Below, piece after piece: positions 37,075 to 49,730 of a stretch of 64,000 nucleotides of DNA. How positions within the stretch are numbered: position 1 is the stretch's first letter; each line of letters starts with the position of its first letter. This DNA is from Centroscyllium fabricii. Its lineage: Eukaryota. The translations under genes and the position numbers were made by a program. The notes below the pieces were generated by a model, which made no database searches, was not told the origin of the DNA, and was given only the letters and a program-made list of their open reading frames with translations. The DNA lies in the NCBI GenBank assembly GCA_051313645.2, contig JBNRSN020000025.1, positions 79,174,001 through 79,238,000 of the forward strand, written 5' to 3'.

Positions 37075-37727
37075 GGCGGGCTTGATCATTGAGCTCGTTA
37101 GGGGTCCTTAATTGCCATGGGTAATCGCATTTTAAGGGCCCCTCGTGATTTTTGACCCCTCCCACCCATACCCCGCCATCCTGAAACCCCGCCAGTGAAA
37201 CCTAAGAGAATCTCAGTCGGCTTGGTCACTTTCACCTTCAAGGCATTGAAGGACCTGTAGCAGAATGCCTTCCAGGCCTTCAACACCCTGGAGGTGTAAG
37301 TGACTCCCTTGTCTGAGGAGCAGCTGTGAAGAAAACACTCAAAATACTTAACTTGACAGATGCTGAAATGCTTCATAGAGAGACAGCTCCTAACTGTGAA
37401 AGCTTTCCAGTGAGTCCTTATTACTGTCACTAAACCCACTTGGGCTTTGAGATTGGTTGCACTCCATTGTGATGTCACAATGGACAGTTTCCATAGAAAC
37501 TAACAACACACAGTCCTTAGAAGTGTCAATCAAACCTCCAGTTCTCATCTGCAGCCCGTTGCTTTCTGACTGGGATCCTTCAATTGGCAGGGGCTCCCCA
37601 CATGCAGGCAATTAATTGGCCAATTGAGCCAAAATTGCGTGGGGCTCCCAGGCCCTTAGACATTCGGGACTGAAACCTGATCCGCCCAAGACCCACCAGG
37701 TTCCCACACCTTTGCGAAAATGCCCCC
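37075..37727 (-). mobile_element. Partial inverted copy of the Harbinger element at 14534-15337
   Basis: Ends CCCACACCTTTGCGAAAATGCCCCC; colinear internal blocks. Confidence 0.8.
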
Positions 37728-38249
37728 ATAATTGCCAAATTGTTCTTTTTGTCAAAATGCTATTGCTTCCTTTGTTCTGTATCAGCTATTCCATTGAAAG
37801 TGGACTGGGATCAGCTACTCGTAGGAAAGTCCGCATCAGAACAGTGGGGGGCGTTCAAAGAAGAAATTGAAAAAGTACAAAGGAAACATGTTCCCCAAAA
37901 GGTCAAGGGTGGGACAAATAAGCCCAGGGAGCCTTGGATGTCGAGCGATATACAAAAATTGATTCAGAAAAAAAGGGGGGCTTTTGGAAGGCATAAAGAA
38001 CTAAAGTCACAGGGGAGTTTAGAGGAATACAGTGGATGTGGTCTACATGGATTTTAGTAAGGCTTTTGATAAGGTCCCGCATAGGAGACTACTCAAGAAG
38101 GTAAGAGCCCATGGGATCCAGGGCAACTTGGCACAATGGATCCAAAACTGGCTTAGTGACAGAATGCGGAGGTGCCGGTGTTGGACTGGGGTGGACAAAT
38201 GCAAAAAGTCACACAACACCAGGTTTAAAGTCCAACGTTTTATTTTAAA

Positions 38250-38287
38250 TCACAAGCTTTCGGAGCTTTTGCCCCTTCGTCAGGTGA
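38250..38287 (-). ncRNA. Minimal type I hammerhead ribozyme motif
   Basis: UCAC-CUGACGA-A-GGGGC(AAAA)GCUCC-GAAA-GC-UU-GUGA: intact core, stems I and II, palindromic AGCU in place of stem III. Confidence 0.75.
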
Positions 38288-38545
38288 AAGAGAAACTAAA
38301 GTCAAAGATCACACACATGGGGGAGGGGAGAAATTTGATCCCATACATCCAACCCTAGAGCACACAAGCATATTAGCATACCTTAACACCTCAGTCTGCG
38401 AACAATGGGGCACAATTGCAAAACACAGAGTTCGCAGACTGAGGTGTTAAGGTATGCTAATATGCTTGTGTGCTCTAGGGTTGGATGTATGGGACCAAAT
38501 TTCTCCCCTCCCCCATGTGTGTGATCTTTGACTTTAGTTTCTCTT

Positions 38546-38583
38546 TCACCTGACGAAGGGGCAAAAGCTCCGAAAGCTTGTGA
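38546..38583 (+). ncRNA. Minimal type I hammerhead ribozyme motif
   Basis: Identical inverted copy of 38250-38287. Confidence 0.75.
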
Positions 38584-39851
38584 TTTAAAATAAAACGTTG
38601 GACTTTAAACCTGGTGTTGTGTGACTTTTTGCATTAGTGACAGAAGGCAGAGGGTGATGGTCAAAGGTTGCTTTTGTGACTGGAGGCCGGTGTCCAGTGG
38701 GATACCGCAGGGATCGGTGTTGGGTCCCTTGCTGTTTGTAATCTATATTAATGATTTGGATATCAACGTAAAAGGCATGATCAGCAAGTTTGCAGACGAC
38801 ACAAAGATAGGAGGGGTGGTAAATAGTGAGGAAGAGATCTGCAGGCTGCAGGGGGATATAGTGGAGCTGGTCAGATGGGCGGAACAGTGGCAGATGGAAT
38901 TTAACCCTGAAAAGTGCGAAGTGATGTATTTTGGCAGGACTAACATGGAGTGGGAATACACCATGAATGGTAGCACTCTAGGGAAGACAAAGGATCAGAG
39001 GGACCTTGGTGTACAGGTACACAAGTCCTTGAAGGCAGCAGGGCAGGTGGGTAGGGTGGTCAAGAAGGCATATGGGATACTTGCCTTCATTAGCAGGGGC
39101 ATAGAATACAAAAGTAGGGAGGTGATGATGGAGCTGTACAAAACACTGGTGAGGCCACAGCTGGAGTATTGTGTGCAGTTCTGGTCGCCACACTATAGGA
39201 AGGATGTGATAGCTTTGGAGAGGGTGCAGAGGAGATTCACCAGGGTGCTGCCTGGGATGGAGAGCCTCTGCTATGAGGATAGACTGGACAGGCTGGGGTT
39301 GTTTTCCTTGGAGCAGAGGAGGCTGAGAGGGGACCTGATTGAGGTGTACAATATCATGAGGGGCATAGATAAGGTAGATGGCGGGGAACTTTTTCCATTG
39401 GTGGAAGGGTCAATAACGAGGGGGCATAGATACAGGGTGAGAGGCGGGAGGTTTTGGGGGAATGTGAGGAAGAACTTTTTCACCCAGAGGGTGGTTGGAG
39501 TCTGGAACTCACTGCCTGAAAGGGTGGTAGAGGCAGGAACAGTCACAACGTTCAAGAAGCATTTGGATGTACACCTGAAAGGTTACAACATACAAGGCTA
39601 CGGTCCAAATGCAGGAAAGTAGGATTAGAATCGTCTAGGTTTGGATGGGTAGCACGGACGTGATGGGCCGAAGGGCCTCTTTCTGTGCTGTATGACTCTA
39701 TGACTCTATGACTCTATGACCCGGGAGGTACAGGGACTCACGCTCGCAGGCCTCTCCGGGTACAGAGGCCCACATATCTCAGGGTGCAGGTAGTTCACAA
39801 GCACCCCTGGGATCACGTGGGCCGACCCAACCAATAAACGAAGGGAATCAC

Positions 39852-40031
39852 TGTGGTAAACCATTATTACTAATGCCATACCACTGTTGTACTACTGTAC
39901 TGCTGTCTGTAAATACCTTACTGCTGCCTGTGTAAATACCTTACTGCTGCCTGTAAATACCTGTATACTGATACCTGCAGGAGCTTGCCCCAGCTGACCC
40001 CGCCTCTGACTCCACTTCCGGACTCAGGTAT
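39852..40031 (+). mobile_element. U3 half of a family A-related LTR, cut at its TATA box
   Basis: TGTGGTAAACC start; short tandem duplications; ends CTCAGGTAT at the next insertion. Confidence 0.6.
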
Positions 40032-41172
40032 TGATGTACCGTCAATAAGGCCAAAGACGAAGAGTTAACCTTAACTATATGGCTTTTATTCACTAAAGAA
40101 TGGAGCGTGTTTTGGCTGAGCTCAGTGGTGTACTGACCAGAGGTGGGTGAGCAAGCACCTAAGTACCGGTTTCGCCTGTCGGAGGGACCGACGGGGTGCC
40201 GGTTGCGGTAGTTCAGGCAGAGGGGCCCACGGCGTGTTGTCAGCCACGGGTGCTGGCGGCGTGGTGTCAAACGCCCAGTTGTCGGCTGGCGGTGTCGAGG
40301 GCCCCAGTGTGTTACGTGTGTGTGTAGGCCAGGGTGTCTCGTAGCCAGTGGGTGGCGGTTGGCAGAGCCGGGGCTCGGCCGGGGATTCGGTGTCCGTGAC
40401 ACCGGCAGGCGCCAGTTCACTTATCGAGACTGTGTCCTGGCGCCCGTCCGGGTATGCCACGTACGCGTACTGCGGGTTGGCATGGAGCAGGTGCACCCGT
40501 TCCACTAGGGGGTCCGTCTTGTGGCCACGGACATGTCTCCTAAGCAAACCGGGCCCCGGGGTGGTCAGCCACGGCGGTAGCGCTGTCCCCGAAGTCGATC
40601 TCCTTGGGAATGAAAACAGTTTCTCGTGAGGCATGGCGTTAGTAGTGGTACACAAGAGGGAACAAATGGAATGTAGCGCATCGGGGAAGACCTCTTGCCA
40701 ACGGGAGACTGGAAGGCCTCTGGATTTGAGGGCCAAGGTGACAGCCTTCCAGATCATACCATTCTCTCTACCTGGCTGTTCCCCCGGGGTTTGTAACTGG
40801 TCGTTCTGCTCGAGGCAATCCCCTGCTGGAGCAGAAACTGACGCAGTTTGTCGCTCATGAACGACGACCCCCGGTCGCTGTGGATGTAGCTGGGGAGACC
40901 GAAGATCGCGAAGAGCATGGTGAAGTGTTTGATCACCGTCGCGCTCGCCATGTCTGGGCAGGGGAAGGCAAAGGGGAAGCGGGAGAACTTGTCAATGACC
41001 GTGAGGAAGTACGAGTTGCGGTCAGCAGAGGGGAGAGGACCTTTGAAGTCCACACTCAGGCGCTCGAAGGGGCGTGTGGCCTTGATAAGGTGCGCCCTGT
41101 CTGGCCTGTAAAATTGGGGTTTGCACTCAGCACAGACAGGGCACCCGTTGGTCATGGCCCTGATCTCTGCAA
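40032..41172 (-). mobile_element. Gypsy family A fragment (integrase + partial LTR)
   Basis: LTR end at 40032; VDFKGPLP and HSDRGSSF in ORFs 40122-41170. Confidence 0.88.
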
Positions 41173-41371
41173 TGGAGAGGGCTGTGACTGCTGAGTCTTT
41201 GAGTATATTCAAGGCTGAGATCGATATTTTTGACTCTAGTGGAATCAAGGGATATGAGGATTGGGCAGGAAGGCAGAGTTGAGGTCGATGATCAGCCATC
41301 ATTTATTGAATGGCGGAGCAGGCTCGTGGGGCCGTATGGCCTACTCCTGCTCCTATTTGTTATGTTCTTAA
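41173..41371 (+). mobile_element. CR1 3' tail
   Basis: GGCCTACTCCTGCTCC tail. Confidence 0.8.
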
Positions 41372-41516
41372 GAATGAAAGGGGACCTTATAGAGGGGTAG
41401 GATACTATGTGGAAAGGCGAGGTTAATGTGGAACACTATTTGAAGCTAAACCACTAATAAAAGATAAAGGGGCACAGCCACATGCTGGGAAACGGTAATT
41501 TCTAGACTTCACACCA

Positions 41517-41675
41517 AGGGGTGAATTTATCGCTTGTGTTGCCTGACGGGAAACAGGCATTTGTGGATCCGCCATGTGACTTACACACTCCCCGATTTTT
41601 GTTTTTATTGACTTTCAATGAAAATGGGGCAGGGTGTAAAACAGATCTGCTACTGCCTGTTTCCTGCCTGATGGA
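41517..41675. mobile_element. Decayed hairpin MITE fragment
   Basis: GGGGGTGAATTT start; internal dyad TTACAC...GATTTT...ATTGA/TCAAT...AAAAT...GTGTAA. Confidence 0.45.
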
Positions 41676-41774
41676 CATTCACTCCAAAGAGTGATCAATG
41701 TCTGGAATGGTCTTGTGGTTAGGGAGGCAAAAGCTCTGGAATCATTTAAGAAGCAGTTCGATGTAAGATATAGA

Positions 41775-42950
41775 GATTGCAGGGCCGTTTATGGACGCCA
41801 TGTTCCTGATTGTTGTGGATGCCCATTCAAAATGGCCAGAGGTGGTAAAGATGTCCTCCACCACAGCTGAGAAGACAATCTCAGTCCTTAGAACCACCTT
41901 CACCAGAAATGGCATCCCGGAACAAATCTGCTCCGACAATGGCCCCCAGTTTGTCTCGGAAGAAATTAGTGCATTTCTCAAAAGGAGCAGGATATGGCAC
42001 TACAAATCAGCACCGTATCACCCGGCCACCAATGGACTGGCCGAAAGTTTCGTCTAAACCTTCAAGAAAGCCATAAAAGCCATGGGGGGAGGAAAGTTAG
42101 ATTTACAACACAAAGTAGATAACTTTCTCTTTGCTTATAGGAACGTTGCTCATACAATGATTAACCAGACTCCGGCAGTCTTATTGTTCAACAGGAGATT
42201 GCGCAACCGACTAGACCTGCTGCAACCAAACATCCAACGGGATGTCGAAAATAGGATTTTCCGAAAGGCTTCTGACCGAGAAACCAGAAGTTTTGATGAG
42301 GGCCAAGATGTATTAATAAGAGACTATAGGCATGAACAATGGCAGGCTGGAACAATCAGCCATCGACAAGGGCCATTATCATATACAGTGGACACATCTG
42401 AGGGTCAAGTCAGACGACACGCTGACCAAATTGTAATGGCTACGGTAGCCAATACGGATTTGCCCCAATCAACGGCGTCAACTGAACGGACAATCTCCTG
42501 CTACAATATACCAGATGAGGAGGTGCCAGATGAAGGCCCCTTAGAGGCAGACATGGACGGTGAACCAGCAGAGACTATTTCCACGCCGGCCGCCAGAAGG
42601 CGGTACCCAACAAGAGACCGCCGACCTCCACAGAAACTGAATCTCTTAATTGTAAATATCTGATATGTATAAATAGTTTTGTTAGTCCTCCCCATATACT
42701 GATTGTTGTATCGTAAAGGTTAATTAAGAGGGAAGGAATGTGGTGTATGTCCCAATAAGGCTTATACTGGGCACTACTTTATGTAGTGCCAGGATATTGC
42801 AGTACCGCAGTTCACCACTGCTGTATATAAGTTCGAGCGAGGAGCGATACGGGCAGTTCCAGATTCTGTAATGCAGAATAAACATCTCTTTGGTTTCGTA
42901 CCTTTGAGTCTAGTCCGCAGTTATTCTTGCCAGATTGCGCGGACCTAACA
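41775..42950 (+). mobile_element. Gypsy family C fragment: integrase, PPT and 3' LTR
   Basis: VVDAHSKWPEV, SDNGPQF, PYHPATNGLAE; PPT AAGAGGGAAGGAA; LTR 42739-42950 TGT...ACA with TATATAA and AATAAA. Confidence 0.9.
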
Positions 42951-44742
42951 CCTGTTATAAAAGTGTTTGTCTCCGTATCAATAAGTTTTAAGATCATTAA
43001 ATCACAACTATATTGCTGTCAAACGATATTTCTATCAGGCCTTTAGGTACAGTCGAGATTCAGTTCCACATCCTTAACTGCAGCTCCTTCCAGCATCTAG
43101 CCAAAGATATTCTGCTTCCTGAATATACAAGATTCTCCACATTGTGTTCTGGCAGAAGTGGCATATTTGACAGAGCCTCATAGCAGAGGGGGCCCAAATC
43201 CCTCAGCAATCTCCCTGGAGAAAGGCCTAAAGAACTCTTGCCAAAAATTGATGCAATATGTCTGAACCCACTCACTTTTTCACCAAGATCTACAGTCATT
43301 CTTAAGCCATTTTATACAATTGAGGCTAGTTCCTGGCTCCGAGTTTAAATCTACCTTTAAAATTGGTTTGTACTTTCAAAGAGATTCAGTTGTTCATTAA
43401 ATTTTTAGTAGCGTTGTTAACCTTGAGGCATCAGAAAGAAGGATACATCCCATCAAAAAGAGAGATGTGCGCTATTAGAGAACAAGACAAGTGCCATCAG
43501 AAATAGGACAAGTGAGATCAGGCAGAAGGTCAAGTGACTTCAGGAAGAGGAGAAAGTGTCATAAAGAAGAAGAACTAACCGCAGAAAAGGAGACAAATGG
43601 CTTCAGAAACCAGAACAATCGCAATAAACAAGAGGATGTATTAAGTGGGATTCATTTCAAATCCAGCAATAACACTTACGAAAACAGAGAATCAGAATCA
43701 CAATTCAGCCATTAAGAAATGTGTGGACAAGCAGTCAATTTTTTTTCTAAATTTGGATTTGTTAAATATTTAAATACCGTGTTGTGTAAAGCTGTCATTG
43801 CTTACACAGGTTGATAGTAGCAGCCACAGGGACATACTGACAGCCACAATATTCAGTTCAAAAAGGCAGCACATCTCAGTCTCACTCAAATCTGGTTAAA
43901 TAGCTCTCACTTTCAGTTACCTTTTTAGCAGCTTCATGTTCAACAGACTTCAAAATTTATCCTTCAGCTTGAATATGGAATAATGGCTTGGATTTTGTGC
44001 CAAACAAGCCCATGTCTGGAGTGCTTTGGAATATGAACGCACACCCAGGAAACGATCTCATAGTAAAACACCACAATCATTCTAATATCCACCTCAAGGA
44101 CAAATGTTCTTGCATTAACCAAAATGCCGTTGTGCTTGGACAGAAGAGTGTACATCAACAAATTTCAATCTGTGCGTGCTACAAATTGGTTTGAAAGAAA
44201 AGAAAGACTTGCATTTATATAATGCCTTTCATGACCTCGGCACATTCTAAAGTGCTTTACAGCCAATGAAGTACTTTTAAAATGTAAGGCTTGATTTTAT
44301 CAACCTCGGCAGGTCCATGGCAGGCGAGGTCAGTGGTGGGTCCTGACCTTGCTGCTGTCTCCAGCCCACTGTCCAAAATGATTTTCCCCTGATTGGGCTT
44401 GTTAAGCCCACCCAGCACATTTCCCAGTCCAATTGAAGGTAGCAGGCCTGATTATGTAATTTGATGACACTGTGAAGGAATAAGCCGTATAACCTATACA
44501 CTATCTTATGAAAGAATTCCGGCCTCATTAAAACATGACAAACTGGGTTTGGAAATTTAGAAATCGAACTATGAAATAGCTATGAAAAACTTCTGGCTAT
44601 TGAGATAAGATAGTTGTTGACTCTGAATGAATAACCTTATTGAAACAGAAGGTGAAAGGCTCTGACAGGTTGAAATTTTGGGAATGAAACAATGGTTCAC
44701 CCTGGATAAGGTGTTCTAATTTACACTTCGTAAAGAAGCACA

Positions 44743-47700
44743 TGTAGCGCCTGCAGGGCCTAAGAACAACGCATGAGCCAGAGAGACAGAAAAAACACGT
44801 GTTTATTACATTACAGTAGCACAAGAAGAGAGTGAACCACTCGAAGCAGGCTTATTTAAACGGCCCGCCGTTGGTGACCTCATCACGCCGGAAGTCGCGG
44901 TGACGTCATCACGTCACCCGATGGGCGGGGCTGTGCCCCGCAGTGTTCCCGAGACGGATTCGATGCCTTGGTGGGCGTGCCGCCAGACAGCTACCCCCCC
45001 AGAATCTGTCCGGGAGAATAAAAAAGAGTCTATGTGAGCCGTTGGGGTGGCCGGATGGTGCGGCCGGCACGTGTTGTGTGTTGCTCCTGGATCTGCGGTG
45101 GAGTGTGGGCGGGTGTTGGTGTGGGAGGGCGTCCGCGTTGCGGTGGTTGTGCGGGGACTGTCGTCTCGCCCGCTGTAACGTGTGCCGGTTTCAACCGGTC
45201 TATTGAAACAGTTTCTGTTCTGTTGCCCATTTGAAGCTGGAAAGCTTTAGCTCCCGCCCGAAGCACTCTGTAAGGGCCATCATATGGTGGCTGTAGTGGC
45301 GATCGGTGTGCGTCGCGCCGGACAAACACATATTTTGACTTTTTAATGCCGTCAGGTACACGTGCTGCCGGCTCTCCGTGCCGGGCCACTGGTAGTGGTT
45401 TGAACACTCGTGCCGGGTTGGCAAAGTCTTTTAGGTACTGGTCGGCTGACCAGGGAGCGTTTGGCTCGGCTAGGAACTCGCCTGGCACTGTTAGGGTTTG
45501 GCCGTAGACGAGTTCTGCTGCCGAGGCGTTTAGGTCCTCTTTGACTGCCGAGCACAGCCCGAGGAGTACCCACGGGAGACGGTCGGTCCATGACGCGTCT
45601 TTGAGGCTGGCCCGCAGGGATGCTTTCATAGAGCGGTGGAACCGTTCGCAGAGCCCGTTGGATTGTGGGTGGTATGCGGTGGTTCGATGTAAGGTTACCC
45701 CGAGGTCGCGGGCGATGGCCGCCCATAGTGCTGATGTAAACTGGGGTCCTCTGTCCGACGTGATGTCGGTGGGCACGGCGAAGCGGGCGACCCAGGTGGC
45801 GATGAACGCCCTGGCCAGTGGCGGCGAGGGGGACTGCTTCTGGCCAGCGAGTGTTGCGGTCGACCATGGCCATGACGTGTGTGTGGCCCCGGGATGGCGG
45901 TAGTGGCCCGACGAGATCAATGTGGACGTGGTCGAAGCGTCTGGCCGGCACTGTGAATGTTTCCAGCCGTGCCCTGATGTGCTTGTGCACTTTGGAGCGC
46001 TGGCAGGCAATGCAGGAGTTGGTCCAGGCGCGGACGTATTTGCGCAGGCCGCGCCATACGAACCGGGCCGAAATCAGTTTAATCGACGCGCGGGTGCCAG
46101 GGTGGGACAGGTCAAGGAGGGTCTTGAAAATGTGTCACCTCCATGCGTGGGGGACGACAGGTCTGGGCTGCGGTAGGGAAACGTCGCAGCAGACGACGGT
46201 GGCAGCGGGGCCTTGTGCGATTTTGGCCAAGTGAAGGCCCGGGAGGTTGGCTGCTGGGTCGAGCAGGTCTGGGTCGGCCAGCTGGTCTGCTGCCAGCTTG
46301 GCGTAATCGACCGCCATTTGGGCGGCGTTAATAGTGGGGCGTGAGAGGCAGTCAGCGACCACGTTGTCGCGGCCGGAGATGTGCTGAATGGCGGTCGTGA
46401 ACTCCGACACAGCCGCGAGTTGGTGCTGCTGACTGGCCGACCAGGGTTCGGCGAGCTTAGCCATAGCGAAGGTGAGTGGCTTGTGGTCGACGAAGGCTGT
46501 AAAGTGACGGCCCTCCAAGAGGAAGCAAAAATGGCGCACTGTGAGGTAGAGAGCGAGGAGCTCCCTATCGAAGGCGCTGTACTTAACCTCTGGGGGCCGG
46601 AGTTGTCGGCTGAAAAAGGCCAGGGGCTGCCAAGAGTTGCCGGTCCACTGTTCAAAGACGGCCCCGACAGCGTGGTCGGAGGCGTCAGTGGTGAGGGCCA
46701 CTCTGGCATTGGGCCTGGGGTGGGCTAGGAGCGTGGCGTTGGCCAGGGCGGTTTTGGTTGCGGTGAAGGCGGTGGCGGCGTCGGCCGTCCACTCTACCGC
46801 AGTTTTGCCGGACTGCCCGCGTGTGGCCTGGTATAGGGGGGCCATGAGAGTGGCTGCTCCTGGGATAAAGCGGTTATAAAAATTAACCATCCCGAGGAAT
46901 TCCTGCAGCCCCTTAATGGAGTGCGGGCGGGGGAATTCCTGAACTGCCTGCACCTTGGAGGGCAGGGGTATTGCCCCGGTTTGGGAAATGCGGTGGCCGA
47001 GGAAGTCTATGGTCTCGAGGCCGAATTTGCATTTTGTAGGGCTTAATATGAGGCCGTGTTCGACCAGGCGCTGGAACAGGGTCCTGAGGTGCAGGAGGTG
47101 TTCCTGGGGGGAGGTGCTGGACACGAGGATGTCGTCCAAGTAGACGAAAATGAACGTCAAGTCCCGTAGGGCCGAGTCCATCAGGCGCTGAAAGGCCTGG
47201 GCCGCGTTTTTAAGGCCGAAGGGCATCCTAAGGAACTCGTAGAGTCCAAAGAGAGTGATGACGGCCGTTTTGGGGATGTCCGCCGGGTGCACCAGGACCT
47301 GGTGGTAGCCACGCACCAGGTCGATCTTAGAGAAGATCGTGCAGCCTGCTAGTCTGTCGGAGAAATCCTGGATGTGGGGTACGGGGTACCTATCCGGGGT
47401 GGTGGCGTTGTTAAGGCGGCGGTCATCGCCGCAGGGGCGCCAACCCCCGCCCGGCTTGGGGGCGATGTGGAGGGGAGAGGCCCAGGGGCTGTTGGAGCGG
47501 CGGATTATACCGAGTTGTTCCATGGTGCGGAACTCGGTGCGCGCGATCTCCAGTTTGGCCGGGTCCAGCCTGCGGGCGTGGGCATGTACAGGAGGGCCAG
47601 TGGTGGTTATAAAATGCTCTACCCCGTGTTTGGCCCAGCAGGCGGTGAACGTGGGGTTGGTGAGGGTGGGGAACTCTGCGAGGAGCGTGCCGTAAGCGTC

Positions 47701-49182
47701 AGAGTTCCGAGAGCGGCATTGTGCAGCCGCGTGGGCCAGGAGTGCGGGTCCTGTGGAGCATGGGATGGTCGACATGTTATTGATGTCGACCAGGCGGCGC
47801 CGGGTCATGTCGACCAGCAGGCCGTGGGCGCAGAGGAAATCTGCCCCGAGGAGGGGTGAAGTGACCTGGGCTGTGACGAAGTCCCAGTGATACGTGTGGC
47901 CTGCAAGTTTAATAGTGAGCTTGCGGGTGCCGTACTTTTTTATATTGGAGCCGTTGGCCACTGCGAGTGGCGGGCCCCGGGTGCCTTGTTTGGCTTCTGC
48001 AGGGGAGGCTGGCACGATACTGTGCTGTGCGCCTGTGTCGCAGAGGAACCGGAGGCCTGTGCTGCTGTCTGTGACAAAGAGCAGTGCTCCTGTGTGTCCT
48101 ACAGACATAGTGGGGGCTGGGGTGGGCCGTGGCTTAAATGCGCATGGATGTACGCAGCGGTGCGCTTTATTATCGAACCGCGTGTGGTAGTAGCACCAGC
48201 CGGTGCTTGATGGACGCGGTTGCCTGGGTGGGCGCGCGGCCCTAGGTTCAGGCATGGGGTTGGACCTGGGGAGCGAGTGGTTGCGCTCGATAGATGCGGC
48301 GTTAGGGTCGCACGTGGTTGAGCGGGTGCGCTCGGCCGCCATGAGCCTGTCGGCTTCCTCAGCTAGCTCGTCCCCGCTCCGATGGCCGAGGGCCGCCAGG
48401 GCCGGTCTGATGGAGCGGGGTAGTTTGAGGAGGAATACGATGCGGAACAGGGAGGCGGGTTCGGTGGTGAGCGCTTGCATCTGACCCCAAAGGTCTGATG
48501 GGTCTGCGTCCCCGAGTTCGGGGAGGTTAAGGAGCTGGCAGTCGCGCTCAAATTGAGAGGGGGTAAAAAAAATTATGAGCGCGGCCTTGAGGAACTCGTA
48601 CCTGCCTGCCGTGGGCACACGCTGTAGTTTGGACCACATCCGATCGATCGGCGATTGCGGTAGGGCCGAAAAGACCAAGTCGTAGCGGTCATCCCCCTGG
48701 ACGCCGTGTGTGCGGCAGCTGGTTTCGATGCACATGAACCAGGCCGCTGGGCGTTGCTCCCAGAACTCCGGTAGGGTAAGTCTGTGCCCGAAGTTCTGGC
48801 CAAGTCCTTGGATTCGTGGAGCTTGGTTCCTTGTCCTTGTAGACATGTTTTTCCTTTTAAAGTGTCCTTAGGCTGGTGATCCTTGATCCTGCGGCAGCTT
48901 TTTCTCCTTGGAAGTCGTTCCAAGTCGGGGTCACCACTGTAGCGCCTGCAGGGCCTAAGAACCACGCGTGAACCAGAGAGACAGAAAAAACACTTGTTTA
49001 TTACATTACAGTTGCACAAGAAGAGAGTGAACCACTTGAAGCAGGCTTATTTAAACGGCCCGCCGTTGGTGACCTCATCACGCCGGAAGTCGCGGTGACG
49101 TCATCACGTCACCCGATGGGCGGGGCTGTGCCCCGCAGTGTTCCCGAGGCGGATTCGTAGTCTTGGTGGGCGTGCCGCCACA
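44743..49182 (-). mobile_element. Near full-length Gypsy family B provirus
   Basis: 245-bp LTRs 44743-44987 and 48938-49182; 4-bp TSD CACA; PBS TGGTGACCCCGAC (48924-48936) complementary to the tRNA-Trp 3' end; G-rich PPT. Confidence 0.95.
46135..48846 (-). CDS. Gypsy Gag-PR-RT-RNase H polyprotein (903 aa), premature stop before integrase
   Basis: LPEFW, CYYH, LCDTGAQ, MPFGLKNA, YLDD, TDAS; integrase continues in frameshifted ORFs to 45030. Confidence 0.9.
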   Translation of the reverse strand: MSTRTRNQAPRIQGLGQNFGHRLTLPEFWEQRPAAWFMCIETSCRTHGVQGDDRYDLVFSALPQSPIDRMWSKLQRVPTAGRYEFLKAALIIFFTPSQFERDCQLLNLPELGDADPSDLWGQMQALTTEPASLFRIVFLLKLPRSIRPALAALGHRSGDELAEEADRLMAAERTRSTTCDPNAASIERNHSLPRSNPMPEPRAARPPRQPRPSSTGWCYYHTRFDNKAHRCVHPCAFKPRPTPAPTMSVGHTGALLFVTDSSTGLRFLCDTGAQHSIVPASPAEAKQGTRGPPLAVANGSNIKKYGTRKLTIKLAGHTYHWDFVTAQVTSPLLGADFLCAHGLLVDMTRRRLVDINNMSTIPCSTGPALLAHAAAQCRSRNSDAYGTLLAEFPTLTNPTFTACWAKHGVEHFITTTGPPVHAHARRLDPAKLEIARTEFRTMEQLGIIRRSNSPWASPLHIAPKPGGGWRPCGDDRRLNNATTPDRYPVPHIQDFSDRLAGCTIFSKIDLVRGYHQVLVHPADIPKTAVITLFGLYEFLRMPFGLKNAAQAFQRLMDSALRDLTFIFVYLDDILVSSTSPQEHLLHLRTLFQRLVEHGLILSPTKCKFGLETIDFLGHRISQTGAIPLPSKVQAVQEFPRPHSIKGLQEFLGMVNFYNRFIPGAATLMAPLYQATRGQSGKTAVEWTADAATAFTATKTALANATLLAHPRPNARVALTTDASDHAVGAVFEQWTGNSWQPLAFFSRQLRPPEVKYSAFDRELLALYLTVRHFCFLLEGRHFTAFVDHKPLTFAMAKLAEPWSASQQHQLAAVSEFTTAIQHISGRDNVVADCLSRPTINAAQMAVDYAKLAADQLADPDLLDPAANLPGLHLAKIAQGPAATVVCCDVSLPQPRPVVPHAWR

Positions 49183-49730
49183 CACATAAGATAAGGAACA
49201 TTTACCCTTGTAAAGATGATATCGAGTAAGGAACACCTACCGTCACACTTTTTTTATATGATAAAATGAGAGCACCTAGAGATGAGGCACGAGTCTGCCT
49301 GAGGTGGCAGTAAGAGTTGCAGAGGTCGGCAGAAAAATGACGAGAGATAATTAGTATGCATCAGCAGAAAACCTTAAAGGAAATACCACTGGCAAAGGGT
49401 ATAAATATTGAACTCTCAAATGGGATAACAGACTCGCTTTAATCGGGCAAAGCGATTCTCGGCTTCAGAGGCAGCTCTGTAGTCTCCAACTCTTTGTACC
49501 TCGGGATGAAAGGTATTTGATTTTGGTCGATATCCTGTAGAACACTTTATGAACTGTAATACAGGTACTGTAGTGAAGTTAACATTTTAAAGTAAGATTC
49601 TCTGATAATAAAAGTGCTACCTGGAGGGCGGTAACATCTTCAGATTGTTCCTTTCCTTTAGGGAGAGATAGTCCGGATCTTTAGACCCAATTAAGCGTCT
49701 TTAGGACTGAACTACCTCAAACTTTAGTTG

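Larger units (their letters stand above)
38165..38635 (-). mobile_element. Palindromic Penelope-like insertion (pLTR + tail + inverted pLTR)
   Basis: ~205-bp inverted arms with a 26-bp spacer; ~34-nt extension on one arm only; 12-bp TSD TTAGTGACAGAA. Confidence 0.85.
37787..39719 (+). mobile_element. CR1/HER1-like LINE with internal deletion (~38030), split by a Penelope-like insertion
   Basis: RT ORF 38634-39622 is close to 22860-24009 + 33080-33704; (ACTCTATG)n tail. Confidence 0.92.
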
